Of a stretch of DNA of 64,000 bases, positions 1 to 9,660 are shown one piece after another; the first letter of the stretch is position 1; each line of letters opens with the position of its first letter. The translations under genes and the position numbers were made by a program. This DNA comes from Parcubacteria group bacterium (lineage in GTDB: Bacteria; Patescibacteriota; Minisyncoccia; Phycocordibacterales; UBA2135): positions 164,927 to 228,926 of the forward strand of contig JACQLQ010000004.1 in the NCBI GenBank assembly GCA_016204045.1, given 5' to 3'. The notes beneath the pieces were generated by a model, which saw only the letters and a list, made by a program, of their open reading frames with translations, had not been told where the DNA came from and made no database searches.

Positions 1-167
1 TTTACGAGCGCTTACGAATAAACATAACACTTAATTGCCCCCTATAAGGGGCGAACCCGCAAAAACCTTAGAAACTATGGAGTTTTACACCCGCAACTCA
101 ATCAAGCTGAAATTATCTTCCCATTATAGTCAAGACAAGGAATTTGTCAAGAAAGTCAACCTTTGGC

Positions 168-176
168 TGTGGATAA
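168..176 (-). promoter_or_regulatory. Consensus DnaA box (TTATCCACA) upstream of a leftward sigma70-type promoter
   Basis: TGTGGATAA on + strand. On - strand it is followed by TTGACA-N16-TATAAT pointing toward the left end of the window. Confidence 0.5.
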
Positions 177-271
177 CTGCATTGAGTGTCCGTAGGTAGA
201 CATGGGATGTTTGATGATTCCATAATGTTCTTGTATCATTGCACCAGCAATCAAAACTGTAGGAGAAGTGG

Positions 272-520
272 GTGTTCGACAAGATTATCGACATATTTAA
301 AAGAAAATGGAAACCGCCCATTATCCACCCAATAGGGTTACTGGGACGGCCTTTAGATTTTTACACCTGTACTGGTTGCGGTGGTATTGGTTTTTATGCC
401 AAGGATAAAGTTCTTCATCACGTCGGCTGCCCGCATTATCCTTCCGAGGGCGACCGTGAATCCCAAGAAATGTGGAAAGCGCGACCACTGCCCGCGGTGC
501 CGATTGATCGCGTTCCATAA
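272..520 (+). CDS. Small hypothetical protein with putative Zn-binding motif (CxxC...HxxxCxH)
   Basis: AGGAG RBS before GTG start; CTGC...HHVGCPH; followed by hairpin AAACCAGCA/TGCTGGTTT + T-run. Confidence 0.55.
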   Translation: MFDKIIDIFKRKWKPPIIHPIGLLGRPLDFYTCTGCGGIGFYAKDKVLHHVGCPHYPSEGDRESQEMWKARPLPAVPIDRVP

Positions 521-620
521 ACCAGCACTGCTGGTTTTTTTATTTCGTCGAGTGAGGATGCGAAATGAGAGCTTGTTCTCATTTTGTCCGAACGAAGACG
601 AAATATGAGACAAGGTGCTC

Positions 621-1304
621 TTATTTTCTCTTGCCTTTCCGCCACTCTGCTATCTTCTTATGATCTCCGGAGAGAAGAATTTTGGGTACGCGATACTTTT
701 TGCCCTTGTGTTCGAGCACTTCTGGGCGCGTGTAGTGAGGATACTCGAGCACTCCCCCTTGTAACTCCCCTTTCAACGTTTCACTCCAAAAAGATTCTTC
801 TTTGAGAGACTCAAGTGTAATGACGCCAGGTATGAGACGCGCAACAGCAGAGACAATAATCATCGCTCCCACATCGCCGTCGGTGAGTACGTATGGTCCA
901 ACGGAGATTTCCTCTGCTTTGAGTATAGTCTTCACGCGCTCATCGATTCCCTCGTAGCGGCCAGCGATCAAGATGATGCGGTCAAAGTCCTGTGCCAATG
1001 CATGCGCGCGCTTTTGTGTGAACTGCTTACCTTTTGCGGAGAGAAGTATGATTCTAGTTTTTTGTTTACTTTTCTTTTTTGTGATCGACTCCACTGCTCG
1101 CAAGATCGGCTCCGCCTTCATGACCATCCCCGCCCCACCGCCATAAGGCTTATCATCAGCGACCATGTGCTTGCCATGAGTAAAGTCGCGAAGGTTGTGC
1201 ACCTTCACGATAATTTTTTTCTTATCTTGAGCACGCTTCAAAATAGATTGCTCTAGATATGAAAAAGCTTCTGGGAAGAGGGTGATGATGTGGAATTCGG
1301 TCAT
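621..1304 (-). CDS. trmD: tRNA (guanine-N1)-methyltransferase
   Basis: ITLFPE, DDKPYGGGAGMVMK, GRYEGIDERV, YPHYTRP, LLSGDH motifs; follows rpsP-khpA. Confidence 0.98.
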   Translation of the reverse strand: MTEFHIITLFPEAFSYLEQSILKRAQDKKKIIVKVHNLRDFTHGKHMVADDKPYGGGAGMVMKAEPILRAVESITKKKSKQKTRIILLSAKGKQFTQKRAHALAQDFDRIILIAGRYEGIDERVKTILKAEEISVGPYVLTDGDVGAMIIVSAVARLIPGVITLESLKEESFWSETLKGELQGGVLEYPHYTRPEVLEHKGKKYRVPKILLSGDHKKIAEWRKGKRK

Positions 1305-1337
1305 ACTCTATACCCTATACTAAAGGTTAGACGCCGC

Positions 1338-1380
1338 AAAACAAAACTCCCCCGATCTAAATTGAGGGAGTTTTGTTTTT
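1338..1380. terminator. Intrinsic terminator hairpin after khpA
   Basis: AAAACAAAACTCCC ... GGGAGTTTTGTTTT inverted repeat. Confidence 0.7.
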
Positions 1381-1386
1381 GAAAGT

Positions 1387-1713
1387 TTAAAGTTTGAGGT
1401 CTTCCATCGCCTGGTCAACGCTTCGTGAAGCGCTTCCCGGAGCAGTACGCGGTGGTCGTGTAGAACCCTCTGGCTCGTTAATCTTAAGGTTAACGCGCGC
1501 GTGGTTCTTCAAACCAACGATGCGAAGAAGTGTGCGGATCGCCTTTGCAGTTGCACCTCCGCGACCAATAATAGTACCCATATCCGTTTGAGCTACATCA
1601 AGCGTCAAGAGAACGCCCATTTCGTCGACTTCGCGCTTCACTTTCACTACGTCAGGACTGTCGACTAATGCCTTAACAACATACTCAAGAAACTCCTGGT
1701 CTCGTTCTGCCAT
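1387..1713 (-). CDS. khpA: KH-domain RNA-binding protein (KhpA/YlqC family)
   Basis: DMGTIIGRGGATAKAIRTLL GxxG loop; position between rpsP and trmD. Confidence 0.93.
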   Translation of the reverse strand: MAERDQEFLEYVVKALVDSPDVVKVKREVDEMGVLLTLDVAQTDMGTIIGRGGATAKAIRTLLRIVGLKNHARVNLKINEPEGSTRPPRTAPGSASRSVDQAMEDLKL

Positions 1714-1817
1714 ATGAATAACAACAATTGCTTAACTATTAATCGGCCCACTAGGGATAGAAAAGCCCGCGTGGTTATGACAAGTATACACAAATGAGGA
1801 GAAAAGTCAACCCCTTT

Positions 1818-2168
1818 TTACGCCTTCGGCGCTTCTGCTGCAGGTGCTTCGGGTGCAGCGGCTGGAGCTGCGGCTTCTTCTACCACTGCTCCGGCAATAT
1901 TCTTCTTTGACGCGACATCGCGCTTCTTGCCCTTAATGACGCCTGTGCGGACGAGGAGGTTGTGCACAGCATCTGATGGGTGTGCCCCTGTTTTCAAATG
2001 TGTTTCTACGCGGTCTTTCTGTATCTCTGTCTTCCCAGTCATTGGGTTGTGCCAACCCAAAACCTCCAAGAACTTTCCGCTCTTGGTGCTGTGGCGTTTG
2101 TCAGTCACAACAACCCTAAAGAAGGGCTGGTTTTTCTTTCCGAAGCGCTGAAGACGAATCATTAACAT
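1818..2168 (-). CDS. rpsP: 30S ribosomal protein S16 with Ala/Pro/Glu-rich tail
   Basis: MLMIRLQRFGKKNQPFFRVVV...GKFLEVLGWHNP. Confidence 0.98.
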   Translation of the reverse strand: MLMIRLQRFGKKNQPFFRVVVTDKRHSTKSGKFLEVLGWHNPMTGKTEIQKDRVETHLKTGAHPSDAVHNLLVRTGVIKGKKRDVASKKNIAGAVVEEAAAPAAAPEAPAAEAPKA

Positions 2169-2203
2169 GAAAGTGATGGTAGCAAAGACTTAAAGAGTGG
2201 TCA

Positions 2204-2323
2204 ACCCCGTACGAAGTCGCGAACGCCACGAACCTTGCGTCTAGTGGAATGCTACGTTTTCCATAAACAGGTACTCTGTTGCGGGTAATGCATAATCCGT
2301 TCGCGTTCTACTTCGTACGGGGT
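2204..2323. mobile_element. 120-bp MITE/REPIN-like element with 14-bp terminal inverted repeats
   Basis: ACCCCGTACGAAGT (2204-2217) / ACTTCGTACGGGGT (2310-2323); inner IR CGCGAACG/CGTTCGCG; GGTCAACCC repeated at both ends. Confidence 0.7.
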
Positions 2324-2328
2324 CAACC

Positions 2329-3738
2329 CTATTTATATGTCTGGAGTAATTTGACGAGGAGGCGCACCGGAACCCCTGTCGCCCCCTTCCCTAGATAATC
2401 GCTCGGAATTGAGGTCATACGTGGGGCAATATCGATGTGCACCCACGGATATCCTTCCGCAAATTGGAGCAAGAACACGGCGCCATCGATGACATCACCT
2501 CCTTGTGCCCCATTTGTGGGAATGTTTGCGACGTCTGCAAAAACACCCTTCACATCTTCCTCATATTCCTCCCAGAGTGGCATGGGCCATACATAGTCCC
2601 CACTCTCTTCACCGAGTCGCACAAAAAGTTTCTGAAGATTCTCATCTTTGGTGAGAATAGCTGAGGCCTTCTGCCCCAAGGCTGCAATGGAGCTCCCCGT
2701 GAGCGTCGCAACATCGACAACAAGTCGCGGTTTGTATTTCTTTGCATACGAAAGCGCGTCAGCCAGGATAAGCCGTCCTTCTGCGTCAGTGTTCAGCACT
2801 TCTATGGTCTTCCCAGAATGCGAGCGCACAATGTCGCCCGGACGGATGCTGTCTCCCGAGACTGCGTTCTCCGCGGCGGGAATAAGCGCAATAACATTCC
2901 TCTTAATCCCGAGCTTCTCTGCAAGCACAACCGCGAGCATGACTGCGGCACCTCCCGACATATCCATGTGCATGTCGGTCATGGCACGTCCCGGCTTCAC
3001 ATTGAGCCCACCCGTGTCAAAGGTGATCCCCTTCCCAACGAGGACGATTGGCTTCTCACTCTTTCGCCCTCCGCGATAGTCCATGATGATAAAGCGAGGT
3101 TCCGCTTTGGCTCCACGCCCAACACCCAAGATTGCACCCATCTTCTCGCGCTCGAGCTCGCTCTTCCCAAATACAGTGACCTTGATCGATGTGCCGTGCG
3201 ATAGCGTCTCTGCCGCTTCTGCAAGCTTCTCGGGAGTCATATCTCCACCTGGAGTGTTGGATAATACACGAGCTTCGTTAACTCCCATGCCAATGATTGC
3301 TCCGCGCTCAATGCCACGGGCAAAATTTTTGGAGCGTTTGAGATCGACAATGGTGAGCTTCTCCACATCTCGCCATCCTTCTTTTGGTTTTGTTTTAAAA
3401 AGATTGAAATCAAAATTCGCCAACTCGGCTTCGCGAGCAATGAGCACGCCGAGCTCTTCTGCCGAAAGCTTGAGCTTGGGAAATACAAATTCCGAGAGAG
3501 TGAGTACTACCTCGGTCGAACGATTAGCTTTTGCGGTCCGTATGATACGACGAATGAGGGATATTAATTTGCGAGGGGTCATGTCTTTGCGCTCACCAGT
3601 GCCGACACGCATGATGCGTCGTCCATCCTCGCGAATGTTTTCCCACTCCTTCGTGCTATAATCGAGCGTTACAAAAACACGCTTTTCTGTTTCGCGTTTA
3701 TCCGCTACTAATTTCTTGTGTTGAATGGAAATTTGCAT
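2329..3738 (-). CDS. pepA: Leucyl aminopeptidase (M17)
   Basis: VGKGITFDTGG, MHMDMSGGA, NTDAEGRL, DVATLTG motifs. Confidence 0.97.
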   Translation of the reverse strand: MQISIQHKKLVADKRETEKRVFVTLDYSTKEWENIREDGRRIMRVGTGERKDMTPRKLISLIRRIIRTAKANRSTEVVLTLSEFVFPKLKLSAEELGVLIAREAELANFDFNLFKTKPKEGWRDVEKLTIVDLKRSKNFARGIERGAIIGMGVNEARVLSNTPGGDMTPEKLAEAAETLSHGTSIKVTVFGKSELEREKMGAILGVGRGAKAEPRFIIMDYRGGRKSEKPIVLVGKGITFDTGGLNVKPGRAMTDMHMDMSGGAAVMLAVVLAEKLGIKRNVIALIPAAENAVSGDSIRPGDIVRSHSGKTIEVLNTDAEGRLILADALSYAKKYKPRLVVDVATLTGSSIAALGQKASAILTKDENLQKLFVRLGEESGDYVWPMPLWEEYEEDVKGVFADVANIPTNGAQGGDVIDGAVFLLQFAEGYPWVHIDIAPRMTSIPSDYLGKGATGVPVRLLVKLLQTYK

Positions 3739-3765
3739 ACAATAAGTAATTCGTATGTTCTAGAT

Positions 3766-3987
3766 AAAAAAGAAGGGCGCCACAATCCCAGGAACTTCCA
3801 GGAATCGCGGCGCCCAGTCCCGAACCGCGGGAGGTCGTGAACGGCTCGGCTGCGAACACTCAAGCGTACCTCGGAATGTCCAACCAAGGAGCGAGCGTCC
3901 GGAGAAGGCCCGCCGGAGCGTGCGCCTGCGGCAGATGGGAGGGGGTCCACCGCTAGCGCACAGCTCCGACGGAACTGTAGAACTGCT
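3766..3987 (-). ncRNA. Structured ncRNA candidate (6S-like rod) with own promoter and terminator
   Basis: TTGACA(4022-4017)-N17-TATACT(3999-3994). The 5' and 3' ends pair (CAGUUCCG/CGGGACUG, GAGCUGUG/CGCGGUUC, GUGGAC/GUUCAC). Terminator GGGCGCCGCGAU...AUUGUGGCGCCC-UUCUUUUUU. Confidence 0.6.
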
Positions 3988-4050
3988 TGGCGTAGTATAG
4001 CAAAAAGCGTTTCTGTTGTCAAGAAGAATAAAAAATGTAACAATACCCTT

Positions 4051-6003
4051 ATGAAAAAAGAAGAGAACGGAAGGAAAAAGCTTGAAGTGCAAGGAAATAT
4101 CAGAATTAGCTCACGAGGAATAGGCTTTCTCAGTGCGGAAGAATCTCCAGACAAAGACATCGAGATTGATCCCGCATATTTGAATACTGCTCTCCATGGA
4201 GACCTTGTCAGAGCGCTTGTCCACCCAGGACCAGGCACGACAAAGTTGGCAGAGACAACGCGAGGCGAAGTGCTCGAGGTGCTCATGCGCGCACGACAAG
4301 AGTTTGTCGGCACCATAAAGAACGAGGGAGGACTTTTCTTCCTTGATCCGGAGTCTCGCAGGATGTATACCGATATCGCTATTCCCCAAGACAAGCTGGG
4401 TAAGGCGCAAGCTGGTGATAAAGCTATTGTCAAAATCACAAAATGGACTGACTCCAAGAGACCTCCGCTCGGAGAGGTGTTGGAAGTCATTGGTCAGGCT
4501 GGGAAACACGAAACCGAGATGCGCGCCGCGGCGCTCGAGCGAGGATTTCGCCTCTCGTTCTCCAAAGAAGTACTTGCCGAAGCCGATGATATCAAAAAAA
4601 GGGCGGCGGAAATCTTTGCGGACGAACTGTCGGTACGACGCGACCTTCGTGATCTCCCGACATGCACCATTGACCCGGCAGATGCCAAGGACTTTGACGA
4701 CGCACTATCGATCGTGACACTTCCTAATGGCGACTTCGAGATTGGCGTCCATATCGCTGACCCGTCTTTCTATGTGAAGCGCGGCACAGCAATCGACAAA
4801 GAAGCTTCGAGGCGTGCCACATCCGTCTATCTCGTCGACCGCACCATACCGATGCTCCCTGAAGTGCTCTCCAATGACCTGTGTAGTTTGAACCCCAACG
4901 AAGACAAGCTCGCCTTCTCGGCTGTCTTCGAGATGGACAAGCATGCAAACGTGAAGAAGCGCTGGTTCGGTAGAACAATCATCAATTCCAAAAAACGTTT
5001 TACGTACGAAGATGCGCAGAAGACGCTTGACGAAAAGAAGGGTGTCTTTGCGGCAGAGCTTGCCTTGCTCGACATGCTCTCAAAAAAGCTTGGGGAAAAG
5101 CGCAAAGAAGCAGGTGCACTGTCGTTCGAAAGAGACGAAGTGCGCTTCGAGATTGATCGCGATGGAAAACCTGTCCGTATCTACAAAAAGCCCCGCCTTG
5201 AGACAAATAAGTTGATTGAGCACTTCATGGTGCTCGCCAATACTGAAGTCGCACACTTCATGGCCTCTGTTAGCAAGCGCATCGAAGAGTCCTTCGTCTA
5301 TCGAGTCCACACTGTGCCCAAAGAGGACAAAATGCGGGAAATCATAAACCTCATGCACGCGCTTGGCTACCAGGTACCACGTGGCAAAACCGACTGGACC
5401 GCAAAAGATGTCGGCAAACTCCTTGAGAGCGTTAAGGGCCAAGAACACGAACAAATCATCCAGATGGCGACCATCCAGGCAATGGCGAAGGCTGTTTATG
5501 CAACAAAAAACATTGGACACTTCGGTCTGTCTCTCTCGCACTACACACACTTTACCTCGCCCATCAGACGCTACCCCGACACCATGGTACATCGCATGCT
5601 AGGAGACTGCTTAGAGAAAAGGGAAATCCCCGATGAAGAGCTCGCCGAATATGAAGCAATGTCTCGTTATGCCACCGAACAGGAAATCGCCGCCAATGAA
5701 GCCGAGTGGGCATCGGAGCGATTTAAGCATGCGGAATATCTTGCAACCCGCATCGGCACAATCTATGAGGGGACGATTACTGGTCTTATGGAAAAGGGTA
5801 TCTTTGTCTCTGTGAATGAGACACTCTCTGAAGGAATGGTGCGGCTCCGCGATATTAGAGACGACTTCTACCTCTTAGATGAAACAACATTTAGTATTGT
5901 TGGACAAAAAAAGAAGCGTAAGTTTTCACTTGGCGATAAGGTGAAGATAAAGGTAAAAAAAGTGGATGTCGAGAAGCGACTCATCGATTTCGAGTTTGTC
6001 TAG
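4051..6003 (+). CDS. rnr: Ribonuclease R
   Basis: TIDPADAKDFDDALS, HIAD, YTHFTSPIRRYPD RNB motifs; C-terminal S1 domain. Confidence 0.96.
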   Translation: MKKEENGRKKLEVQGNIRISSRGIGFLSAEESPDKDIEIDPAYLNTALHGDLVRALVHPGPGTTKLAETTRGEVLEVLMRARQEFVGTIKNEGGLFFLDPESRRMYTDIAIPQDKLGKAQAGDKAIVKITKWTDSKRPPLGEVLEVIGQAGKHETEMRAAALERGFRLSFSKEVLAEADDIKKRAAEIFADELSVRRDLRDLPTCTIDPADAKDFDDALSIVTLPNGDFEIGVHIADPSFYVKRGTAIDKEASRRATSVYLVDRTIPMLPEVLSNDLCSLNPNEDKLAFSAVFEMDKHANVKKRWFGRTIINSKKRFTYEDAQKTLDEKKGVFAAELALLDMLSKKLGEKRKEAGALSFERDEVRFEIDRDGKPVRIYKKPRLETNKLIEHFMVLANTEVAHFMASVSKRIEESFVYRVHTVPKEDKMREIINLMHALGYQVPRGKTDWTAKDVGKLLESVKGQEHEQIIQMATIQAMAKAVYATKNIGHFGLSLSHYTHFTSPIRRYPDTMVHRMLGDCLEKREIPDEELAEYEAMSRYATEQEIAANEAEWASERFKHAEYLATRIGTIYEGTITGLMEKGIFVSVNETLSEGMVRLRDIRDDFYLLDETTFSIVGQKKKRKFSLGDKVKIKVKKVDVEKRLIDFEFV

Positions 6004-6046
6004 AAAAAACCCGCCAGAGGCCCGGAGGCATGGCGAGTAACTTTAT

Positions 6047-6916
6047 TTAACCGCGGAGATGTGCGGCGGTAACTTCGTGCGGCCACGGGAGTGTGATCGG
6101 CCCGCCCTCAAAGTGGGCAAGCGGATATTCCATTGCACCCCACATGCTAAGGATTGGGCAATAATCCGCGTAGAGGAACGCGCCTTCGGAGGAAATGCGG
6201 ACCAAGACAGTGAACTCCGGCGGCATGCCTTGTGTGCTCATCCACTTTTCGTTGCCACGCTTGACGATCCAATCGATGATGCTGGCAACATCAAAAGCGG
6301 TATGAACATCAAACTTTGGAGGGTAAACTTTTTTCGAAACGATCATGCACTCGCCCGCGCGTACACCCAGAGCGCGAACCTGGAGATCGTGCTCCTCGTG
6401 AACGAAGAGCGGAGAAGGCACATCATAATTGACTGCCCGTGTCTTGAGTGGACGCTCCGGCCGTACCTCAACCACGTGCCAGTGCAGATGTCCCACGTTT
6501 TGACCGGCGCTCGCCCCGACGTGAACGAACGCAGCCATTTCGGTTTTGGCACCCTCCGCCATGTCTTTCTCAATGACCATGCGCACAGCCTGGAGTGCCC
6601 CGATAATCCCGACGCCACCACCCAATGTTTGCACCATCTCTTCGTCCCAACATGCGTGCGGGATGACGAGCCGATGACGACGGTGGGGTGTGAACGGATT
6701 GGAAACCGCTCGCCAACCATACGGAATCGCGGGAATGTCTACTTCCTCTTGCGGCTTGGTGCAATATGGGCACGTCTCCTTTGCGATTGGCAAGGGTGTC
6801 TGCCACGGCCGAGACAACCTGATTTGGTTTCTCGTCCCACCACTCACAAGACGAGTGAAGCCACCAATGAGTCTTTCCGCAAAAAACGGATCGTCTGCTT
6901 CTCGTGTCTTTCCCAT
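6047..6916 (-). CDS. HIT-superfamily / GalT-like nucleotidyl hydrolase or transferase
   Basis: CPYC Zn site, NPF motif, GASAGQNVGHLHWHVV histidine triad; start taken at MGKTRE. Confidence 0.7.
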   Translation of the reverse strand: MGKTREADDPFFAERLIGGFTRLVSGGTRNQIRLSRPWQTPLPIAKETCPYCTKPQEEVDIPAIPYGWRAVSNPFTPHRRHRLVIPHACWDEEMVQTLGGGVGIIGALQAVRMVIEKDMAEGAKTEMAAFVHVGASAGQNVGHLHWHVVEVRPERPLKTRAVNYDVPSPLFVHEEHDLQVRALGVRAGECMIVSKKVYPPKFDVHTAFDVASIIDWIVKRGNEKWMSTQGMPPEFTVLVRISSEGAFLYADYCPILSMWGAMEYPLAHFEGGPITLPWPHEVTAAHLRG

Positions 6917-7037
6917 TTGCTTCTCTTTGTCTCCCCACGCCGTCGGGATGACAGCTTCGACTGCGCAGAACATACCATCTTTTGCATGACCTGTCAAACT
7001 CTAGATAGATACTACTCCGACAAACAAAAAAGCGGGG

Positions 7038-7349
7038 TTAGCCCGCAATTTTGACTTTCGTATATGGTTGCCTGTGTCCCCTCTTTTTGAATTGACGTAC
7101 TTTTGATTTGTAGCGGATGACAACTACCTTCTCACCCCTGCCGGTCTCCAGGACTTCTGCCTTCACGGTAGCCCCTGCTACATAAGGAGTCCCGACTTTA
7201 ACCTCTTTACCGTCGTCCAAAAGGAGCACCTTGTCGAAGGTGATGGTGCTGCCGGCCTGCTCATCTGTGGCAAGCTTTTCAATAATAAGTTGTTCTCCCG
7301 GGGCTACCTTGTACTGCTTGCCGCCGGTTTCGATAATTGCGAGCTTCAT
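7038..7349 (-). CDS. rplU: 50S ribosomal protein L21
   Basis: AIIETGGKQYKV, GTPYVAGA, GHRQPYT. Confidence 0.98.
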   Translation of the reverse strand: MKLAIIETGGKQYKVAPGEQLIIEKLATDEQAGSTITFDKVLLLDDGKEVKVGTPYVAGATVKAEVLETGRGEKVVVIRYKSKVRQFKKRGHRQPYTKVKIAG

Positions 7350-7447
7350 AAATATGTTTTTTGTTCAAATGACTATACCAGAAACCCCTAAAAAAAGCAA
7401 AAGCCTGTTCTGTAAGCGAGAGAACAGGCTTGTATATCGTTGTCCAT

Positions 7448-7894
7448 TTACCTTCGGATGCCAGTTTTCCGGCTACTCCCGCGTGTAACAGCAGCCATAT
7501 CACCCATAAGGACAATTAGGGCAATAAGACCGGGGAGCAACGCTGCAAACGATTTGTTAAACATCTCGTCAGCCATCTGATTGAGCGGAGGAATACCTGA
7601 CGCGGCAATAGAAAGCCCGACGCCCAGCAAGACGAGACAAAGGGAAGTATTTCCCAAAAAGCTGTCGTTCACCTTAAGCATCAACGCGACCTTATACAAG
7701 AGCGAAACGAGTAGCCAGCAAAACACAAGAAGAGCTGGTAAGCTCTGAAATCCCGCAAAGGCGCGCTCAGCAACTTCAAAAAAGCCGCCGCCGAGGTTAA
7801 AGATAAAGATGATGAGAGCAAGCCCGACCCATCCCCACAGCACATCGAAACGATCTGCGGGGTGCTTCATGCGCAGCCTAGCAAGTGTGCCCAT
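7448..7894 (-). CDS. Hypothetical 4-TM membrane protein
   Basis: Four hydrophobic segments; fills the gap between rmuC and rplU. Confidence 0.6.
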   Translation of the reverse strand: MGTLARLRMKHPADRFDVLWGWVGLALIIFIFNLGGGFFEVAERAFAGFQSLPALLVFCWLLVSLLYKVALMLKVNDSFLGNTSLCLVLLGVGLSIAASGIPPLNQMADEMFNKSFAALLPGLIALIVLMGDMAAVTRGSSRKTGIRR

Positions 7895-7957
7895 TCATTC
7901 ACCGATCAGGTGTTCTGAAATAACAGTATTGGAAAACATAAGCCTCGTCAATTGAGG

Positions 7958-9013
7958 TTACTCTTCCTCCCGCGCTGGCTTCTCGAGTGCAAGTGGCTCC
8001 ACACCTGCCGCCTTGCCGGTAATGCGGAGCACGTCTTTGTCCACTTTGCCGAACTCTTTGTAAGCATTGTTGTAGTGCGAGACTGTGGTGCCCAGGGCGC
8101 TACCCAACTTCTGCATATACTCTTCGTACCTCCCCACGTGTTTCCCCAGCTCCCCCACTCGCTTCGTAATCTCCTGCGCCTGCTCCTCAATCTGGAGCGC
8201 CTTCAATCCTTGCAGCACTGTCTGCAGATACGCAAGGAACGACGTTGGTGAGACAATAATCACTTTATACTTCCCTGCCGCACGCTGGATTAGGTTCTCT
8301 GTGTCTTCTGTCACGGCCCCCACTTTGTTGACTAAAAGGTCGTAGTAAATCGCTTCGTGTGGAATAAACATAAAAGCAAAGTCCATTGTGTTTTCAGAAG
8401 GGCGAATATACTTCGATGTCTCGACGATTCGGTTTTTGAGGTCATTCACAAAGAGTTTCTCGAGACGGTCCTTTTCCGAAGGGTCTCGCGCTTCAACAAG
8501 TCGGTTATAATTCTCGAGCGAAAACTTCGAGTCGATGGGGATTACTTTGTCTTTTACAAATACAGCGGCGTCAACTATCTCACCATTGGCGAAGGCATAC
8601 TGCATCTGGAAAGCGCCCGGTGGAAGCACATTCTTCAAGAGTGTCTCGAGGTAATACTCTCCTAACACCCCACGCTGTTTGGGGTTCTTTAAAATGTCCT
8701 GGAGATTCTTTAATTGATCGGCAAACGACACCACCTGCCGGTTTGTTTCATCGAGCTTGGTCAAGCGCTCCGTGACATCGCGAATAATGTTCGATGATTC
8801 GCGATACTGGTTCCGCATGGACTCCGTCATGGTCTCATGCGAACGCGTGAGCTTTTCATCCATGACCCTGGAGAGCTCCTGCATCTGCTGTTGGAGAAGG
8901 AGGAAATTGTCAGCACCAGGTTTTTGAGTCCGAGTCCGTAAAAAAAGCCAGAGAAAAGCTCCGACAACGGCACCGCCGACGATGAGACCAATTATAAGAG
9001 GAAGAAAATTCAT
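7958..9013 (-). CDS. rmuC: DNA recombination protein RmuC
   Basis: N-terminal TM + coiled coil, KQRGVLGE, IDSKF, FAFMFIPHE, IVSPTS. Confidence 0.95.
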   Translation of the reverse strand: MNFLPLIIGLIVGGAVVGAFLWLFLRTRTQKPGADNFLLLQQQMQELSRVMDEKLTRSHETMTESMRNQYRESSNIIRDVTERLTKLDETNRQVVSFADQLKNLQDILKNPKQRGVLGEYYLETLLKNVLPPGAFQMQYAFANGEIVDAAVFVKDKVIPIDSKFSLENYNRLVEARDPSEKDRLEKLFVNDLKNRIVETSKYIRPSENTMDFAFMFIPHEAIYYDLLVNKVGAVTEDTENLIQRAAGKYKVIIVSPTSFLAYLQTVLQGLKALQIEEQAQEITKRVGELGKHVGRYEEYMQKLGSALGTTVSHYNNAYKEFGKVDKDVLRITGKAAGVEPLALEKPAREEE

Positions 9014-9070
9014 AGAGATCAGGGAAGGACGTCATTTAATTGTATCACAGACGATGGTATACTTGTTTCT

Positions 9071-9520
9071 ATGCATGAGAAGATAAAAAGTGATGTTAAA
9101 GAAGCACTTAAAGCACGTAACCAGTTAAAACTTTCTTTTGCGCGCAACCTCCTCGCCGCATTTACTAATGAGCTTGTGGCAAAGCGGCAAAAGCCAGATG
9201 GCATACTCTCTGATGAAGACGCCCTTGCGGTCATACGACGATTAGCAAAACAACGACGCGATTCCATCGAGCAATTCCAGGCGGGTGGACGAAACGATCT
9301 TGTCGAAAAAGAGCAAGCGGAGCTTGCGTACTTAAACGCCTATCTCCCACAGATGATGAGCCGCGAGGAAGTGCTCGCTGTCGCAGAGAAGAAAAAGACG
9401 GCACTAAGAGTATCTCAAAAAAGCGACATGGGCAAGCTCATGGGTGCGGTTATGGCCGAATTGCGAGGAAAAGCAGACGGTATGGTTGTGAAAGAAGTTA
9501 TTGATTCGCTTTTGACCTAG
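9071..9520 (+). CDS. GatB/YqeY domain protein
   Basis: KQRRDSIEQF..GGR.DL.EKE..E, YLP, DMGKLMG..M..L.GKADG. Confidence 0.93.
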   Translation: MHEKIKSDVKEALKARNQLKLSFARNLLAAFTNELVAKRQKPDGILSDEDALAVIRRLAKQRRDSIEQFQAGGRNDLVEKEQAELAYLNAYLPQMMSREEVLAVAEKKKTALRVSQKSDMGKLMGAVMAELRGKADGMVVKEVIDSLLT

Positions 9521-9660
9521 CCTCATCTCGAATAGCTAGCTCCTAATGAGCCCACACACCGAAACAACGAACAGTCCGCATGATTGGTTGAGTTTGTTGA
9601 CTTTAGTTAAAAAGACTGTTATAGTTCTTTCGGAAGCAGAGCCTTGAAGAAGGGTAGCCG

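Noticed and set aside
168-176. oriC
   Set aside because: Single DnaA box; no cluster or dnaA/dnaN visible
3766-3987. RNase P RNA, SRP RNA or tmRNA identity
   Set aside because: No GAGGAAAGUCC, no SRP domain-IV GNRA motif, no tRNA-like ends or tag ORF
6059-7054. 331-aa + strand ORF
   Set aside because: Antisense shadow of the HIT-motif gene; no motifs
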